Assembly (NCBI GenBank): GCA_951406725.2
Contig: OX597826.1
Span: forward strand, 78,120,001-78,184,000
Reading direction: 5' to 3'
DNA length: 64,000 nucleotides
Origin: Octopus vulgaris
Lineage: Eukaryota
This document shows, piece after piece, positions 1 through 13,258 of this stretch (its first letter is position 1; each line of letters opens with the position of its first letter). The position numbers and the translations under genes were made by a program. Below the pieces are notes generated by a model. That model was not told where the DNA came from. It ran no database searches and was given only the letters and a program-made list of their open reading frames with translations.

Positions 1-350
1 GTGGTTGTGATGGTGGTGATGGTGGATGTTGGTAAGCATGGTATCGGCGGCAATGGTGGCAGTGGTGGCAGGGGTGATGCTAGTACTGATGGTATTGTTA
101 ATGATAATGGTGGAGGCGGTGGTAGCGTTTGATGGTGGTGGTGGTGGTGGTAGTGGTGGCGAGGGGGGTGACGGTGTTGATAGCAACGATGCTTCGCGCC
201 CATTGTATCGTTATCGTGTTGTTGTTGTTGTTAGCGGAGGAAGTGGTGGTGGTCGTGGTGGTCGTAGTGGTAGTGGTTGTGGTGGCAATGGTAATGCTGC
301 TGCTGCTGCTGATAATGGCAGTAGTGGTGATGGTTCTATGGTTGGTGACA
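1..350. repeat. (GGT/GAT/GTT)n low-complexity tract
   Basis: Degenerate trinucleotide repeats; source of the poly-V/G/T ORFs. Confidence 0.9.
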
Positions 351-540
351 ATACCTTCCAGTCTCTCCATATTCTTCTATATCCAAAACTCAATGGATCT
401 CCTCCAACGCCGTGGCTTTTCGCAACTGATTTCCAAAGAAATCAATAAAATTACCCCCTCCCCCTTTTCCTCCTCCCCTTCCTCTTCCTCTCCCCATCTA
501 TCTCATCTCCTTTTCATTCATATTATCACGAGCACAATGC

Positions 541-711
541 ACGCACACACACACACACACACGCATACGCAATTACATTTACACAATCTCCTTCACTCTC
601 TCTCTAATACATACATACCTGTATCTATCTACCTATCTATCTATATACATATATATATGTGTGTGTGTATGTATGTAAATGCATATATATGAATATATAT
701 ATACACACATA

Positions 712-755
<44 letters not shown>

Positions 756-807
756 CAAACATAAACATATATATATACATATATACATACATACATACAT
801 ACATACA

Positions 808-843
<36 letters not shown>

Positions 844-947
844 CCTATATACATACATACATATATATACATACACATACATATAAACATATGTACATAT
901 ATATATACATACATATATATATACAAACATAAACATATATACATACA

Positions 948-983
<36 letters not shown>

Positions 984-1130
984 TACCTATATACATACAT
1001 ACATATATATACACACATATAAACATATGTACATATATATATATATATATACATACATATATATATACACGCACACATAAACATATGTACATATATATAC
1101 ACACATAAGCATATATACACATATATATAT

Positions 1131-1165
<35 letters not shown>

Positions 1166-1212
1166 CCTATATACATACGTACATATATATATATATATAT
1201 ATACATCCATAT
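541..1212. repeat. Compound (CA)n/(TA)n/(TACA)n microsatellite with higher-order units
   Basis: Direct reading; recurring atacctatatac and aaacatatgtac landmarks. Confidence 0.95.
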
Positions 1213-1394
1213 ATATCTTAAATTTCATTTTTCTGGTTAGTTTTCTCTGTCCTCTTCTTTTCTCCGTCCTCAGCTTCATCATCATCAAATCTTTCTGCAT
1301 CCTCCACGACTCCTGCCTCCAACCCCCCACCGCCAAACACTACCGCCACCGCCACACCACTTATGTCAACTACACTCGCCCCATTCAGCGAGGG

Positions 1395-1560
1395 AACAAC
1401 TAATCAGGCGACCACTGCATTGCTAGACATAGCACCCAAATCCCACCAGTCACGCTTTTCCTTCTGAAGGATAAAGAACACTGGATAATGTAGTCCAAGA
1501 ATACCATAACCAAGTCAAAGATAGCCGAGTCTCAGCTGAGAAGCTTTGGATCATACCTTT
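1395..1560 (+). mobile_element. Old unclassified interspersed repeat (family A)
   Basis: tgctagacatagcacccaaatccc...ggataatgtagtcc; similar segments at ~6500, ~18280, ~23300(-), ~35120, ~40100, ~42100(-). Confidence 0.55.
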
Positions 1561-1734
1561 ACCTTATCAGCGAAACCAACTTATATATGTGTATGTATAG
1601 ACACACACACACATACTTATACACACACATACACACACACACGCATACACATACACGTATGTGTGTCTACTCAACCACTGCTTAGTTACCTCCCTCACGA
1701 TTTTATTTTCAATTCATCTTTGGTTAGATAAGCA

Positions 1735-1750
1735 CATATACACACATACA

Positions 1751-1827
<77 letters not shown>

Positions 1828-2061
1828 AAACACAAACACACACACACACACGCACACACACATGCAATACAAAGGCAAATACATACATACACACATGCAA
1901 TACATACATACAAAGATGGAGCATCATATCCTTGTCAGAAACCGGTTCCTTCCTCACAGGAAGAATTTAACCAATTAAAAACAGAAGAGAACATGTATAT
2001 GTTTATGCTTGTGTATGTGTGTGTGTTTGTTTGTTTGTTTGTTTATGTGTGTGTGTGTATA

Positions 2062-2116
<55 letters not shown>

Positions 2117-2200
2117 TATATATTATATATTATATATGTACATATATATAATACAATATATATATATGTGTGTGTGTGTATTTATATGTATGTATGTATG
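1735..2200. repeat. (CA)n, (TG)n, (TA)n microsatellites
   Basis: Direct reading. Confidence 0.9.
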
Positions 2201-2265
2201 AGTCTATCTATCTGTCAATATATCTATCTATTTACCCGCCTGTCTGTCTGTCTGTCTATATATTG

Positions 2266-2455
2266 AGCATCGACTTGACAACCGATGCTGGTGTGTTTAC
2301 GTTCACTTAACTTCGTGGTTCGGCAAAAGACACTGATAACATAAGAACTAGGCTTACAAAGAATAAATCCTGAGGTGGATTTGCTTGACTAAAGGCAGAG
2401 CTGCAGCATGGCCGTAGCCAAATGACTGAAACAAATAGAAGAATAAAAGAATAAA
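2266..2455 (+). mobile_element. tRNA-derived SINE family 1, 3' half
   Basis: Aligns by eye to 2672-2850; ends in gactgaaac plus (aagaata)-type tail. Confidence 0.9.
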
Positions 2456-2459
2456 ATAT

Positions 2460-2858
2460 GTAGCTTGCTAACCAACCACATGGTTCCGGGTTCAGTCCCA
2501 CTGCGTGGCATCTTGGGTAAGTATCTTCTACTATAGACTCGGGCCGACCAAAGCCCTGTGAGTGTATTTGTTAGACGGAAACTGAAAGAAGCATGTCGTA
2601 TATATGTATATATATATATATGTGTGTGTATGTGTGTGTGTATGTTTGTGTGTCTGTGTTTGTCCCACCAACATCGCTTGACAACCGATGCTGGTGTGTT
2701 TACGTCCCAGTCACTTAGCGGTTCGGCAAAAGAGACCGATAGAATAAGTACTGGGCTGGCTTACAAAGAATAAGTCTCGGGGTCGATTTGCTCGACTAAA
2801 GGCGGTGCTCCAGCATGGCCGCAGTCAAATGACTGAAACAAGTAAAAGAGTAAAGAGT
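2460..2858 (+). mobile_element. tRNA-derived SINE family 1, near full length, internal microsatellite
   Basis: B-box-like gggttcagtccc, conserved body, internal (TA)/(TG) tract, LINE-like tail and aaagagt repeats; other copies at 13259, 15507, 41680, 61396. Confidence 0.92.
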
Positions 2859-2929
2859 ACATATTAATGGATCCTTAAAATGCTTAGTTTGGAAATTGGT
2901 AAATATAGACAAGCACATATGTTTGTGTG

Positions 2930-3888
2930 TATTCTCAGACATGCCCTCAGCCACGCAGAGAGCCACGATCACAAGTTATGCAGATGATACAAAAGTCTCA
3001 CAGGCAATACAGAACCCTGAAGACACTAAGCACCTGCAATGTGAGCTGGACGAAATATACAAGTGGGCTGAAAAGAATAGCATGCAGTTCAATGCTGGAA
3101 AGTTTCAAGCTTTATACTATCAGCATGCAAAACTGAATGCAATACCCAATGAATACACTGGACCCGGAGGGATTGCAATCCCAGAGGCACAATCAGTGCG
3201 TGACCTGGGTATTCACATGAGTGATGACGCGACCTTTCATGTACATGTTGCTAAACTGACAATGAAATGTAGACGGCTGGCTGGATGGATTCTTAGAACC
3301 TTTAGAACAAGAGAACAAGAAACCATGATGGTCCTCTGGAAGACACTTGTCCTAAGCCACTTTGACTATTGCTCTCAGCTATGGTCACCATCCAGTGTCA
3401 AGTTGATCACAGAACTTGAGGCGATCCAACGAAGCTACACAAAGAAGATAGCCTCTATGCAGAATGTAAGCTACTGGGAAAGACTCAAGAGATTAAAATT
3501 ATATTCCCTGGAGCGTAGGCGGGAAAGATATGCCATAATATACATCTGGAAGATCCTAGAGGGAAGTGTCCTGAACTTTGGCATCGAGAGTTACGCAAAT
3601 GCCAGAACTGGGCGCCACTGCGTGGTGCCTAGGACTCCAAACCTGCCATCAAGATGTAGGACAAGATTCTGTGATAGCCTGGGCTTCCGAGGCCCACAGC
3701 TCTTCAATATCCTCCCGAAGAACCTGAGAGACCTGCATGGGGTGGATACAGATGTCTTTAAAATGAAGCTGGATCTCTTCCTGTCAGGTGTCCCAGATGA
3801 ACCAACTTCACGGCAGGAGGGGCAGATGAGGGCAGCTGCATCGAACTCTCTCATGCACCAAATAGCAGTTGCTAGAAAGCCTCCATGA
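2930..3888 (+). pseudogene. Reverse transcriptase C-terminal part of LINE ORF2, uninterrupted
   Basis: YADDTK, RDLGI, DYCSQLWSP, LEAIQR, YWERLKRLKLYSLERRRER motifs typical of CR1-group ORF2; residues upstream of ~2930 in the ORF track look like flanking DNA. Confidence 0.92.
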
Positions 3889-3980
3889 AGTGAAACCAAG
3901 TAGCAACACCAAATGGCGGTGCCCCAGCATGGCCACAGCTCATAAGCTGAAACTAGAATCAATCAATCAATCAATCAATC
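2930..3980 (+). mobile_element. 5'-truncated CR1-group LINE with 3'UTR and (AATC)n tail
   Basis: RT ORF end, short 3'UTR, terminal (aatc)n at 3957-3980. Confidence 0.93.
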
Positions 3981-3990
3981 ATATGTGTGA

Positions 3991-4058
3991 GTGAATGTAT
4001 GTGTGTGTGTGTGTATATATTACATATGCGCATTAAAAGTACGCTCGTATAAACATAC

Positions 4059-4089
<31 letters not shown>

Positions 4090-4439
4090 TGTATGTATGT
4101 ATGTATGTATGTGTGTGTGTATGTATGTGTATGTATGTATGTGTGTGTGTGTATGTATGTGTGTATGTATGTATGTGTGTGTGTATGTATGTATGTATGT
4201 ATGTATGTATGTATGTATGTGTATGTATGTATGTATGTATGTATATGTCTGTGTATGTATGTGTATGTATGTGTATGTATGTATGTATGTATGTGTGTAT
4301 GTATGTGTGTGTCTGTGTATGTGTGTATGTATGTATGTATGTATGTATGTATGTATGTATGTGTGTGTCTGTATGTATGTATGTATGTATGTATGTATGT
4401 ATGTGTGTGTCTGTGTATGTATGTATGTATGTATGTATG

Positions 4440-4470
<31 letters not shown>

Positions 4471-4575
4471 ATATGTATGTATGTATGTATGTGTGTATGT
4501 ATGTGTGTATGTATGTGTGTGTCTGTGTATGTATGTATGTATGTATGTATGTATGTATGTATGTATGTATGTATG
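3991..4575. repeat. (TATG)n/(TG)n compound microsatellite
   Basis: Direct reading. Confidence 0.95.
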
Positions 4576-5236
4576 CTTACATAAGTCTGTGTGTGTGTTT
4601 ATGAATCTGCACTTGCACGCGTGTGTCAGTGTGTCTCTCTCTTGCAACTTTGTCTCACTTTCGGCGTAGCTTTCCAGCCAGACAGTCAGTCAGACAAGCA
4701 GCCTTCGATCGATCTCTGTATAAATCAATCAGTATACAGCCAGTCACCAGACAGGCAGTTATTGATCCATCTATCAGTCAATATCTATCAATCTATCAAT
4801 CTATCAATCATTGGAATTCTTTATTGATGCATATCAAGTTTCTATCACCGGTACAACCCTCATATAGCCTCTCTTTCTCTCTCTTTCTCCTTATTTCCTT
4901 CTTTCTCTTTTTCTTTCTTTCTTTCTATCTCCCTCTCTCCCTCTCTCCCTCTCTCTCTCTATCTATCTTCTGTTTTCTTTCCTTTTCTTAGTTCTCTATC
5001 TCCCTTTCTATTTTCCTCCCGATAGACAGATCGATCAATGCAATGAAAGAGGTTAACTAGAAAGATACATGGATAGACAAATAGATAGATATACAATCAT
5101 ACACACATATCCATGTGTGTGTGTGTGTGTTTGTATTGAGATGGAGGGAGTGAAGAAGAGCGTATGGGAAAGAAGGGAGAGGGTCGTAGGTTTCTAGGTA
5201 AGTCGATGCTCAACGAATAGACAGACGGGTAAATAG

Positions 5237-5301
<65 letters not shown>

Positions 5302-5388
5302 GAGAGACAGACAGATAGATAGGGGGACGGACAGACAGACAGCCAAGAAGGCAAGCAGACAGACAGACACACAGATAGATAGACAGAC

Positions 5389-5477
<89 letters not shown>

Positions 5478-5667
5478 GATAGTCAGACCGACAGACAGAC
5501 AGATGAATGGATGGTTGAACGGACGGACGGACGGACGGACCGATGGATGGATAGATGGATGGATTTGTGGTATATTGGGAGATACTTGAAGAGTTAGAAT
5601 GACAAATATATGTGTGTGTATGTATGTATGTATGTGTGTGTATGTATGTATGTATGCTTACATTAGT

Positions 5668-6194
5668 CTACTGGTAAAATGTAACCCAGTACAACCTGTT
5701 GCATGGTCGGGTCGTTAAACCGGCAACCCCACCAAGCTTGCTTGGTGAGGAGGGTGTTTATTGGACACCCTGCGGGATGAAAAAGAAAACCCGTCAAAGC
5801 GCGGAGGAACTCTTGAGAGTCAATAGGCATCCAGTAAATGTCTTAAGGTTGTATCATGCGCGGGGACATAGAAATAATCGGACTAAATACCCGATCGTGC
5901 GGTTAAACCATGAGGAGTGAAGGACTCCTAGCCCTTGTTAGGGCATCCTTCGAGGAGAAGGTAACTCAGGTAACTGGGATAACTCCGACATAAAACCTGC
6001 GGCTCAGTGGTTACCGATGATGTTGACTTGTTCTTCTTTTCGGATTATGACTGCTGTTGCTTAGTGAGTGGGATTGACTCAGTGCACATACTTTCCTCAC
6101 TTTAAAAATAATCTTCTTGCACAGGCATTGCACAATAACAACATTGATTAAGCTGCGTGCAATGGCCATACTCGATAACGAGGGGGCAGCCATC
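5668..6194 (+). mobile_element. ORF-less hairpin-rich element between (TATG)n arrays, probably a non-autonomous RTE-related retroelement
   Basis: GC-richer island with at least 6 hairpins; gggcatccttcgaggagaaggtaactc...aaacct resembles RTE-clade 5'UTR motifs as I recall them; runs directly into (atgt)n. Confidence 0.5.
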
Positions 6195-9100
6195 ATGTAT
6201 GTATGTATGTATGTATGTATGCATGTATGTATGTATGTATGTATGTATGTATGTATGTATGTATGTATGTATGTATGTATGTATGTGTGTATGTATGTGT
6301 GTATGTATGTGTGTATGTACTTGTAGATAGTGTAACAGATATTCTGACTGCCAAGTAAATAATTCCTAAGCCTCAAAGCACAGTATTCGGCGCATCTTCT
6401 CTTTCCACAAGTGGACCCTAGTTTTGTTATACTTCTCGTTTATGCTTTCTCCAGTATCACAAAGCGACAACTACAAATTAGACAGCTTCTAGCTGGACGC
6501 TTGACCTGCTAAACATAACTGCTAAATTTCTCTCAAATTATGCCCAGTCCATTATGTAATACAACAGGAGTTTTTCGTTTCTGTAGGCTGAGAAAAATCT
6601 ATTCGTTGAGACAAGGTGCTCGGGAGGAGATTGCCTTTAGTTTTTGAACTTCTCGTTTTAGACTAGCCCAGTAGTTCGAGAGTCACTACATACAGAAAAG
6701 ATGAGAGAGCAAATAGGGCCCACATGTAATACAAAAGGGATTTTAAAAAGGACCACCTTGTGTGAAAATTATTTACATGTCGCTATAGTTAGAAGTTACC
6801 CAGCTTCCGGGAGCAGGCCCGAAACCCAACCGCTAAATAGCAATGACCAATCTACTGAAACGCTTTCAATTTATTCAAATCTGTTACCACTCCAATACAC
6901 AGGTTTTTTTCTCATACTCTTTATCAAGTAACTCATGTTGTACAAGTTGTTGAAAACTAGAAAAATGCTACATGGCATCACACAGTTTTAAAGGTTTCTG
7001 TTTACATTACCAACGGCAAGCACAACTCTTTTTTGCAACAATTTGCGAATTGCGAAAATTCTTCATTCATCAAGTTTATTGCTGAAATTACCATTGAGGC
7101 CCATCTCGTTCGCGTCTTTCCTCAACACCTCTAATATTCTTCGAATTACCGTCCTGCTGCTAAATGCAGTAAACTTCTGAGAAGTGGTTGGCATCCAGGC
7201 GTCAAATTCTTAGAGTATATCAGATAAGTCGAGCGAGAAATTTGTCCCTCACACAAACATTCACCCCCAAGCCCGCTACAGCTGCTATTGAAGAATTTTC
7301 TTACAGCACTCCATTAGGTGTCGTGACAGATGCAGAGTTTTGCCCTAAAATCCTCGAATAGCGCTGGAAAGGTACATAATTTGTCCGGAATTGGCTTGCA
7401 TGCTTCTACTGCATCTTATCAAAGACTGAATTCTGCCTTTATTTATTTATTTATTGTGGGTCCACCAAATGCTTTCAGTTCCCTCATATCTAAGAGCAAG
7501 CACCTTAGTCCAGGCATTGCAACCTGCGTGGGTCCTGCCGTAGAAATCGTTGCATTTTTTTGTCGCCACGAACTCCCTTTTCTGGTTTATTCATTAGCTT
7601 CTTCCTAAACTGTTTCTTTTTATCATTACAGTTTTGCTAAACGCTATCGATTTTACTAAAATTCCTCTCTTTTCACACGTACAGCTATCAGCTATTTACC
7701 AAGTCAACCCCTGTTTAGCTAATTCGCTAAACTATTGCCTGTAGACTGCAGGCACGCCAGAAACAGTGATTTTAGCATCCAGTAATCAGGTCTGTGCTCA
7801 AGTAATCTATTTAAGTAGACTAATTTTGTGTTTTGTAAAACCTTATACTGTAACTCTCAGCTAACGTAACACATTATCTAAATAAGAGCTTGATGCCTAC
7901 GTACAGTTGTGCTATGTCCTCTGTTGAGTATTCTGGAAATCCAGTCGATACTTTTCAGACAAATGGAACTGCCTGGAAGGTTTCAAAACATTAAGACATT
8001 AAAGGAACCTTGCTGAGGTTACCTGTTTCCCGTCCATTGAGAAAAACTGAGAAAAGGATTTGAGCTTAGATATATTAAGTCTTCGTGCTATTTCGGGATA
8101 GGACATAATTTAATTTTATATATTTTTGCTTTATTTAATGGTTTTTTTTTTCTCTGGCTAGAAGTCGTTAAATTTTTCATTCCTTCAAAATGGCGATGTC
8201 AGTGATGGGAGCAATGGTTGTTGGGTACGGTGAAGAGAAAAAGAAAAAAACATGGCATCCCGCCTACATTTTATTTATGAAACCAAAATAGTTTGTTTGT
8301 ATTCAGGAAAAAGTAAAAAAGCAGACGATACGACATGTCCACACTGACAGAGAGGCAAATAGAACTAGTGACACGTTAAAAAAAGCTGACTAATAATAAT
8401 TCTATTTCACTAAACAATGGAAATATTCATAGAAAGGAGACGTAGGACAGCGTTTACATCGCTCACACCAGTTCCCATACTAATACCATTGCTACTAATA
8501 ATAGCAGCAATAACGATAACAACGACACACTGACAATAACAACGATTGTGATATGCACAAAAGCGTATCTGTGTTAGTGTTGCAGGTTATAAATATTGTC
8601 TATGAAGCAGCTTCCAGGAAAAGTAAGTCTGTGTGTCACTCACACCACCACAAACACGCACATTATTACAATCACCATTCCTGCTATTGTCCCCACAACC
8701 ACCACTGCCGTCACCACACAACCACCACCACCACAATACTTTCCATTATTTCATCACTATCTCCACTGCTACCGCCACTTTTATATTTCCAACTCTGCTA
8801 TCAGAGGAAAGTGTCTTTGTGTGTACAAGGAAGAGCAATGAAGGAAATGTTTAGAAAAGTCATCGAGAGACTTTTTGAAAGGAGTGATGGGCGAAGTGGG
8901 GTAAAGTGTTCACTCCCATTACAGAGGCGTGACATGCCAATGTATTTATCTTGTGTTCAATACCGAGAAGGTGGTGAAAAGACAAAGTTTGTGATTTAGT
9001 ACCTACTGACACGGAGAAAAGAACAATAAGGATCAAAGTCAGAAGCAGGGATTGACAACGGACCATGAGACATCGTCACGTTTGTAGGACAGTGACAGCA

Positions 9101-9759
9101 GGGCTGAGCGTGGAAATGACCCAAAACAACATTTGGCCGGACGATGTCTTCATGTAACTCTAAATTCTGATAAGCTCAGAGGACCAAAAGTCCAAGGAAC
9201 TCAAAATTATGTTGGAGTTTGTTATAGATAGTAGTGGGCAAACACAATCGTCTGTAATTACTGAGAGATCAAGGAACATATCATAGGAAAGGTCTAGTCT
9301 AGATACAGTAGATTTGAATCACTAAAACAAAATCTTTGATAAGGTCCCCCTGGGCCCCAAGCAGCTCTACGCCCGTTACAGTGAACGTTCTGTATTCTGG
9401 AGCCGGAATGCTACTTTCAACCTATTATCACATGGTAATGCAAAGTTTATATGCACTTTTTCTCCCCCACAATCATATATGTTGTCCTTGCATCAATGCT
9501 ATGGCCAGTATTTATGGAGAAATCCCTTAAAAACCCTGTAATGATGATTCAACCCCTACCCCCAATTAGTCTCTAGCTCCTTATATCTAACTTTTCTCTC
9601 ACTTTCAATCAACACACTCAGCTAATGTCCTATTCTTCTCTTTTACTGACATAGACATACCCACGCTTATACTCGTTTCTTGCAAGCTTACTGCTTTCTA
9701 TTTAGAGTTGAGTAATACTTTCGTCTGCTTTTCGACAGATTCTCCATTAGTACTCTTAT

Positions 9760-9870
9760 TAATCCTTTCATCCTTTCAGTGTCTATAAAATAAGTACGAA
9801 CCGATCACTGGGGTCGATGTCATCGATTTTACCCGAAATTGCTGGCCTTGTTCCCCATTATTATTATTAT
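9760..9870 (+). mobile_element. Nin/Deu-domain SINE fragment
   Basis: cctttcatcctttcagtgtctataaaataagtac...ctggggtcgat. Confidence 0.75.
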
Positions 9871-9883
9871 CATTTCAACTATG

Positions 9884-9988
<105 letters not shown>

Positions 9989-10265
9989 TTCTTTTTTTTT
10001 AATTTTGAAGAATGAATCTCGAAGTGCATAAAGCCATGAATTATAAGGTGTATACGTTGGATTGAAAAACCCTTTTGGATAGGAAAACTTGATGGCTACT
10101 CGTCAGTAATATGCATGTGTGTGAGTATGCGTGAGTGTGTGTATGTGTGTGCGCGCGCGCTCGTTGGTTTATATATATATATATTACGTGTGTGTATATT
10201 CGTGTTTTTGTGTAAATATGACCTAGCCCCTATAACTAGAACAAACTAAAGAAATATTGCCATAT

Positions 10266-10347
<82 letters not shown>

Positions 10348-10612
10348 TTTGATAATTATTTGAATTCTTCCATTCAAAAAGTAACTGAATACGAACAAAG
10401 AAAGAAAATTCCATCCATAGAATTTAGATATAAAAAAAAACGATGAATATTTACAAGCTGAATTTAGAAAAGTTTTCCGTATTCTTCCTGTTCCTGTTAC
10501 CGATTTTTATTTTCAAAGTGCAATGTTAGCGACTGTCTGGAAATTTTAGTATTTCCAGATTGCCACAAACATTGCCAAATGCACTAATAAACAGATTTGA
10601 ATTCATAGGCTG

Positions 10613-10670
<58 letters not shown>

Positions 10671-10908
10671 ATGCAAATAAGCGTCTAAATCTAAAGTAAA
10701 TGTATATATATATATGTATGCATGTAATAATGTCGTTTGTATCTAAGTATTGGAATTGTTATACATACATACATACAAAAATATTCTGTTGTTGATGTTG
10801 AAAGTCCAATGAAGGAGCCTTGGATCTTGGTTAGAAACCGACTCTTTTTCTTGGCCAAAAATCTTGAAATAAACTGAATATTTCTGTACATACATACATA
10901 TATACATT

Positions 10909-11365
10909 TCTTTTGAAGCGTTTGAGGGGGGGGGGCATTCTGCGAAAGAGACTGGATCTGTGGAGCGCGAAGAGTTAGGCTTTTCACGACGACAATGCAT
11001 CCTTGTCACCAAGCTTTCCTCACTCGTGAGTTTCTCGCCCAAAACAACATGGTATCGCTTCTGCGCGTCATTCGCGAGATTTGACACCTACGGACTTCCA
11101 TCTCTTCCCCCAAGATAAAAAAAAAACACAGCTCAAAGGTCGCCGTTTTAACACTGTTATCGAGATCAAGAGCAAATCTCAGAAGGGCCTCATCTTCCTT
11201 ACAGAAAACAACTTCTACGCAGGATTCCAAAAGTAGCGGGAATGCTTGGACGGGTGTATTGCTGCGCAAGGTGATTGTTTCGAAGGAGACAATGTTAAAG
11301 GTAGATAAATAAGTTCTTTCTTCTCAAACATAACTAGTCCGGGAACGTTTTGATACCACTTCGTA
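10909..11365 (+). mobile_element. Mariner transposase C-terminal remnant with right TIR and TA
   Basis: Frameshifted HDDNA, REFLAQNNM, DLTPTDFHLFPK, LKGRRF, CIAAQGDCFEGD; ends ttttgataccacttcgTA. Confidence 0.88.
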
Positions 11366-11399
11366 CATACCTACATTACTGACCTGGTGTTAAAATAGG

Positions 11400-11650
11400 A
11401 AACCCTTATGTCACCACACTCATTTTAGCAACAATTCATGCGATTCTTCAAATTGTCTTAGCCCTGCATCCACAGTACAGCTCCATCTGGTGTCGTCCAG
11501 CTTCCACCTGCTCCGTTCAACGAAGAACAGTTCTTCGAAGAGAAAGGGTTGAGATGGTGAAGGTAATGGCTGAGAAGAATTAAGTGCAACCGAGAACACC
11601 AGAAGAACTTTTTCATAAAGAAATATTTTGAGAACTCCTCCAATATTCCG
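11400..11650 (-). mobile_element. Possible decayed Tc1/mariner transposase C-terminus
   Basis: Weak resemblance to the SPDL..FFLW and RL..C..NGGH regions; heavily degenerate. Confidence 0.3.
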
Positions 11651-11905
11651 CTCTTGCCTCAAGTTTCACTCATTGCCCACTACTACTACTACTACTACTA
11701 CTCTGTCACGTACTAATGGCGGAAACGCTGCCTTGTCATCAGGCTTGTTAAAGATTTCAGTTAAAAAAATACAATTTATGTGATAGTCTCTTTCACAAAG
11801 GACATATTAAATAATTCAGCGAAGGCGAGATGGCCAAGGCTGGTAAGTCTTTGATTACAGATCTGCTGGATGATAGGTTGATCTGGGATCTTGACATATT
11901 ACATA

Positions 11906-12011
<106 letters not shown>

Positions 12012-12299
12012 TACGTTTCCGTAACTAGAACTATGTAAGTTGAGAAAATAGAACAGCCATATGCCAATCCTGCTTGTATGTTCTTTGCTTGGATTCTGTA
12101 TATATTATCTGAACGCTGGATGGACCACATGTACAATTTCTTCGCTTCTATCGAGGACAAGTCACTCTCCTATAATTAACCGCTCCAAATATTCAATTTC
12201 CAATAATTCGATACTTGCGCAAATCAGAATTCTTTGTTATTATGTCTTTATTGACGTCACTGGCTTTGTAGTTCACCCAGTGGATGTCATCAGGTATTC

Positions 12300-12570
12300 G
12301 CTTGTTAATTTGTTCTTAGAAGCAAAGATTGCTTTCATTTATCAGATTCTTCAAACAGAACCTGCAAGTCGATCAGTGCGATATGGACCTGATATCACAT
12401 ATTCCTCAGAAAGCTTCATATTTCCTACCTATGACGCGCAGCAGGAATATTGCAAAATAATTAGATGGCCAGAGAAAGTGTCGAACGCAAATATTCTTTC
12501 CTCGTATAAAATATCCGGTTTGCATGATTTGTCTGACCCCAGAAAACTATGTTTCGCATGAATCTACGTA
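12300..12570 (+). mobile_element. RTE-clade LINE RT C-terminal remnant
   Basis: SVRYG..., IIRWPEKVSNANI..., RKLCFA resemble RTE LLYG.E.W, I.W.DKVSN and RRLRFAGH. Confidence 0.5.
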
Positions 12571-12683
12571 AGCTGAATCCTAAAAAGGATAATCAACGAT
12601 CACTTGTTATATATATATATTAAAAAAAAAGAAATTCTGTCAGGAGACAGCCATGTTAGGTTTAAGGATAACATGGCCATCAC

Positions 12684-12870
12684 CGTGAAGGCGCGTTGCT
12701 TTATAGTTAGGTGTGTTTTGCTCCCAGTCGTCATGTGGTTTCGATTCCCAGACTGGGTGGTGCGTTATGTTCTTGAGCAAGACACTTCATTTCACGTCGC
12801 TCCAGTCTACTCAGCTGCAAATGGGTCACCTTGCGACGTACTAGCCATCCGGTCGCGGGGCTCGCCTGGC
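12684..12870 (+). mobile_element. tRNA-derived SINE family 2 (V-domain-like core)
   Basis: ggtttcgattccc box; gttcttgagcaagacact...agctgcaaatggg core; related copies at 27885(-) and 45165(-). Confidence 0.7.
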
Positions 12871-13258
12871 CAGCGGAGCGCATTGTGACAAGCGATGTAT
12901 AACAATATCTGATAGTCCGGTTGATCACGTGATCACACGATGTACATCACCACACAGGGAGTCTGTGTAAATCGATGTGCCACAAAGCAGTTGACGAATA
13001 ACCTTATAGATGAGTCACGTGTTTGATGTTATAGAAGGCAGAGACCTCTACAAAGCAGGAACCGTTCACTATATGTGCGTTTATGCAGACAATGTGTGCC
13101 CTTCGGCAGACTATGCGTGCCCTTATGCAGATTATGTGTGCCTTTATGCAAATATATTCAACACGGCCATTGTTGTGTATTTGAGAATTTTAAGTTGGAC
13201 AATTACATTCTGTCCTATTCTAGGGTTGGCTCACGATTTTAAAATGAAGGCTTATAAT

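Noticed and set aside
2914-3990. Target-site duplication around the CR1-group LINE
   Set aside because: Only catatgt matches, in low-complexity flanks and not flush with the 5' junction
9107-9151. LINE APE motif on minus strand (VVLGHFHA resembling LGDFNA)
   Set aside because: Single short motif with both key residues changed; insufficient
10800-10850. Further hammerhead-like traces (also ~1930, ~15290, ~48730, ~52150, ~61015)
   Set aside because: Core or stems too degenerate to call individually; may be fossils
12061-12561. 166-aa ORF as a host gene
   Set aside because: Its C-terminal half reads as a decayed RTE RT; no other support
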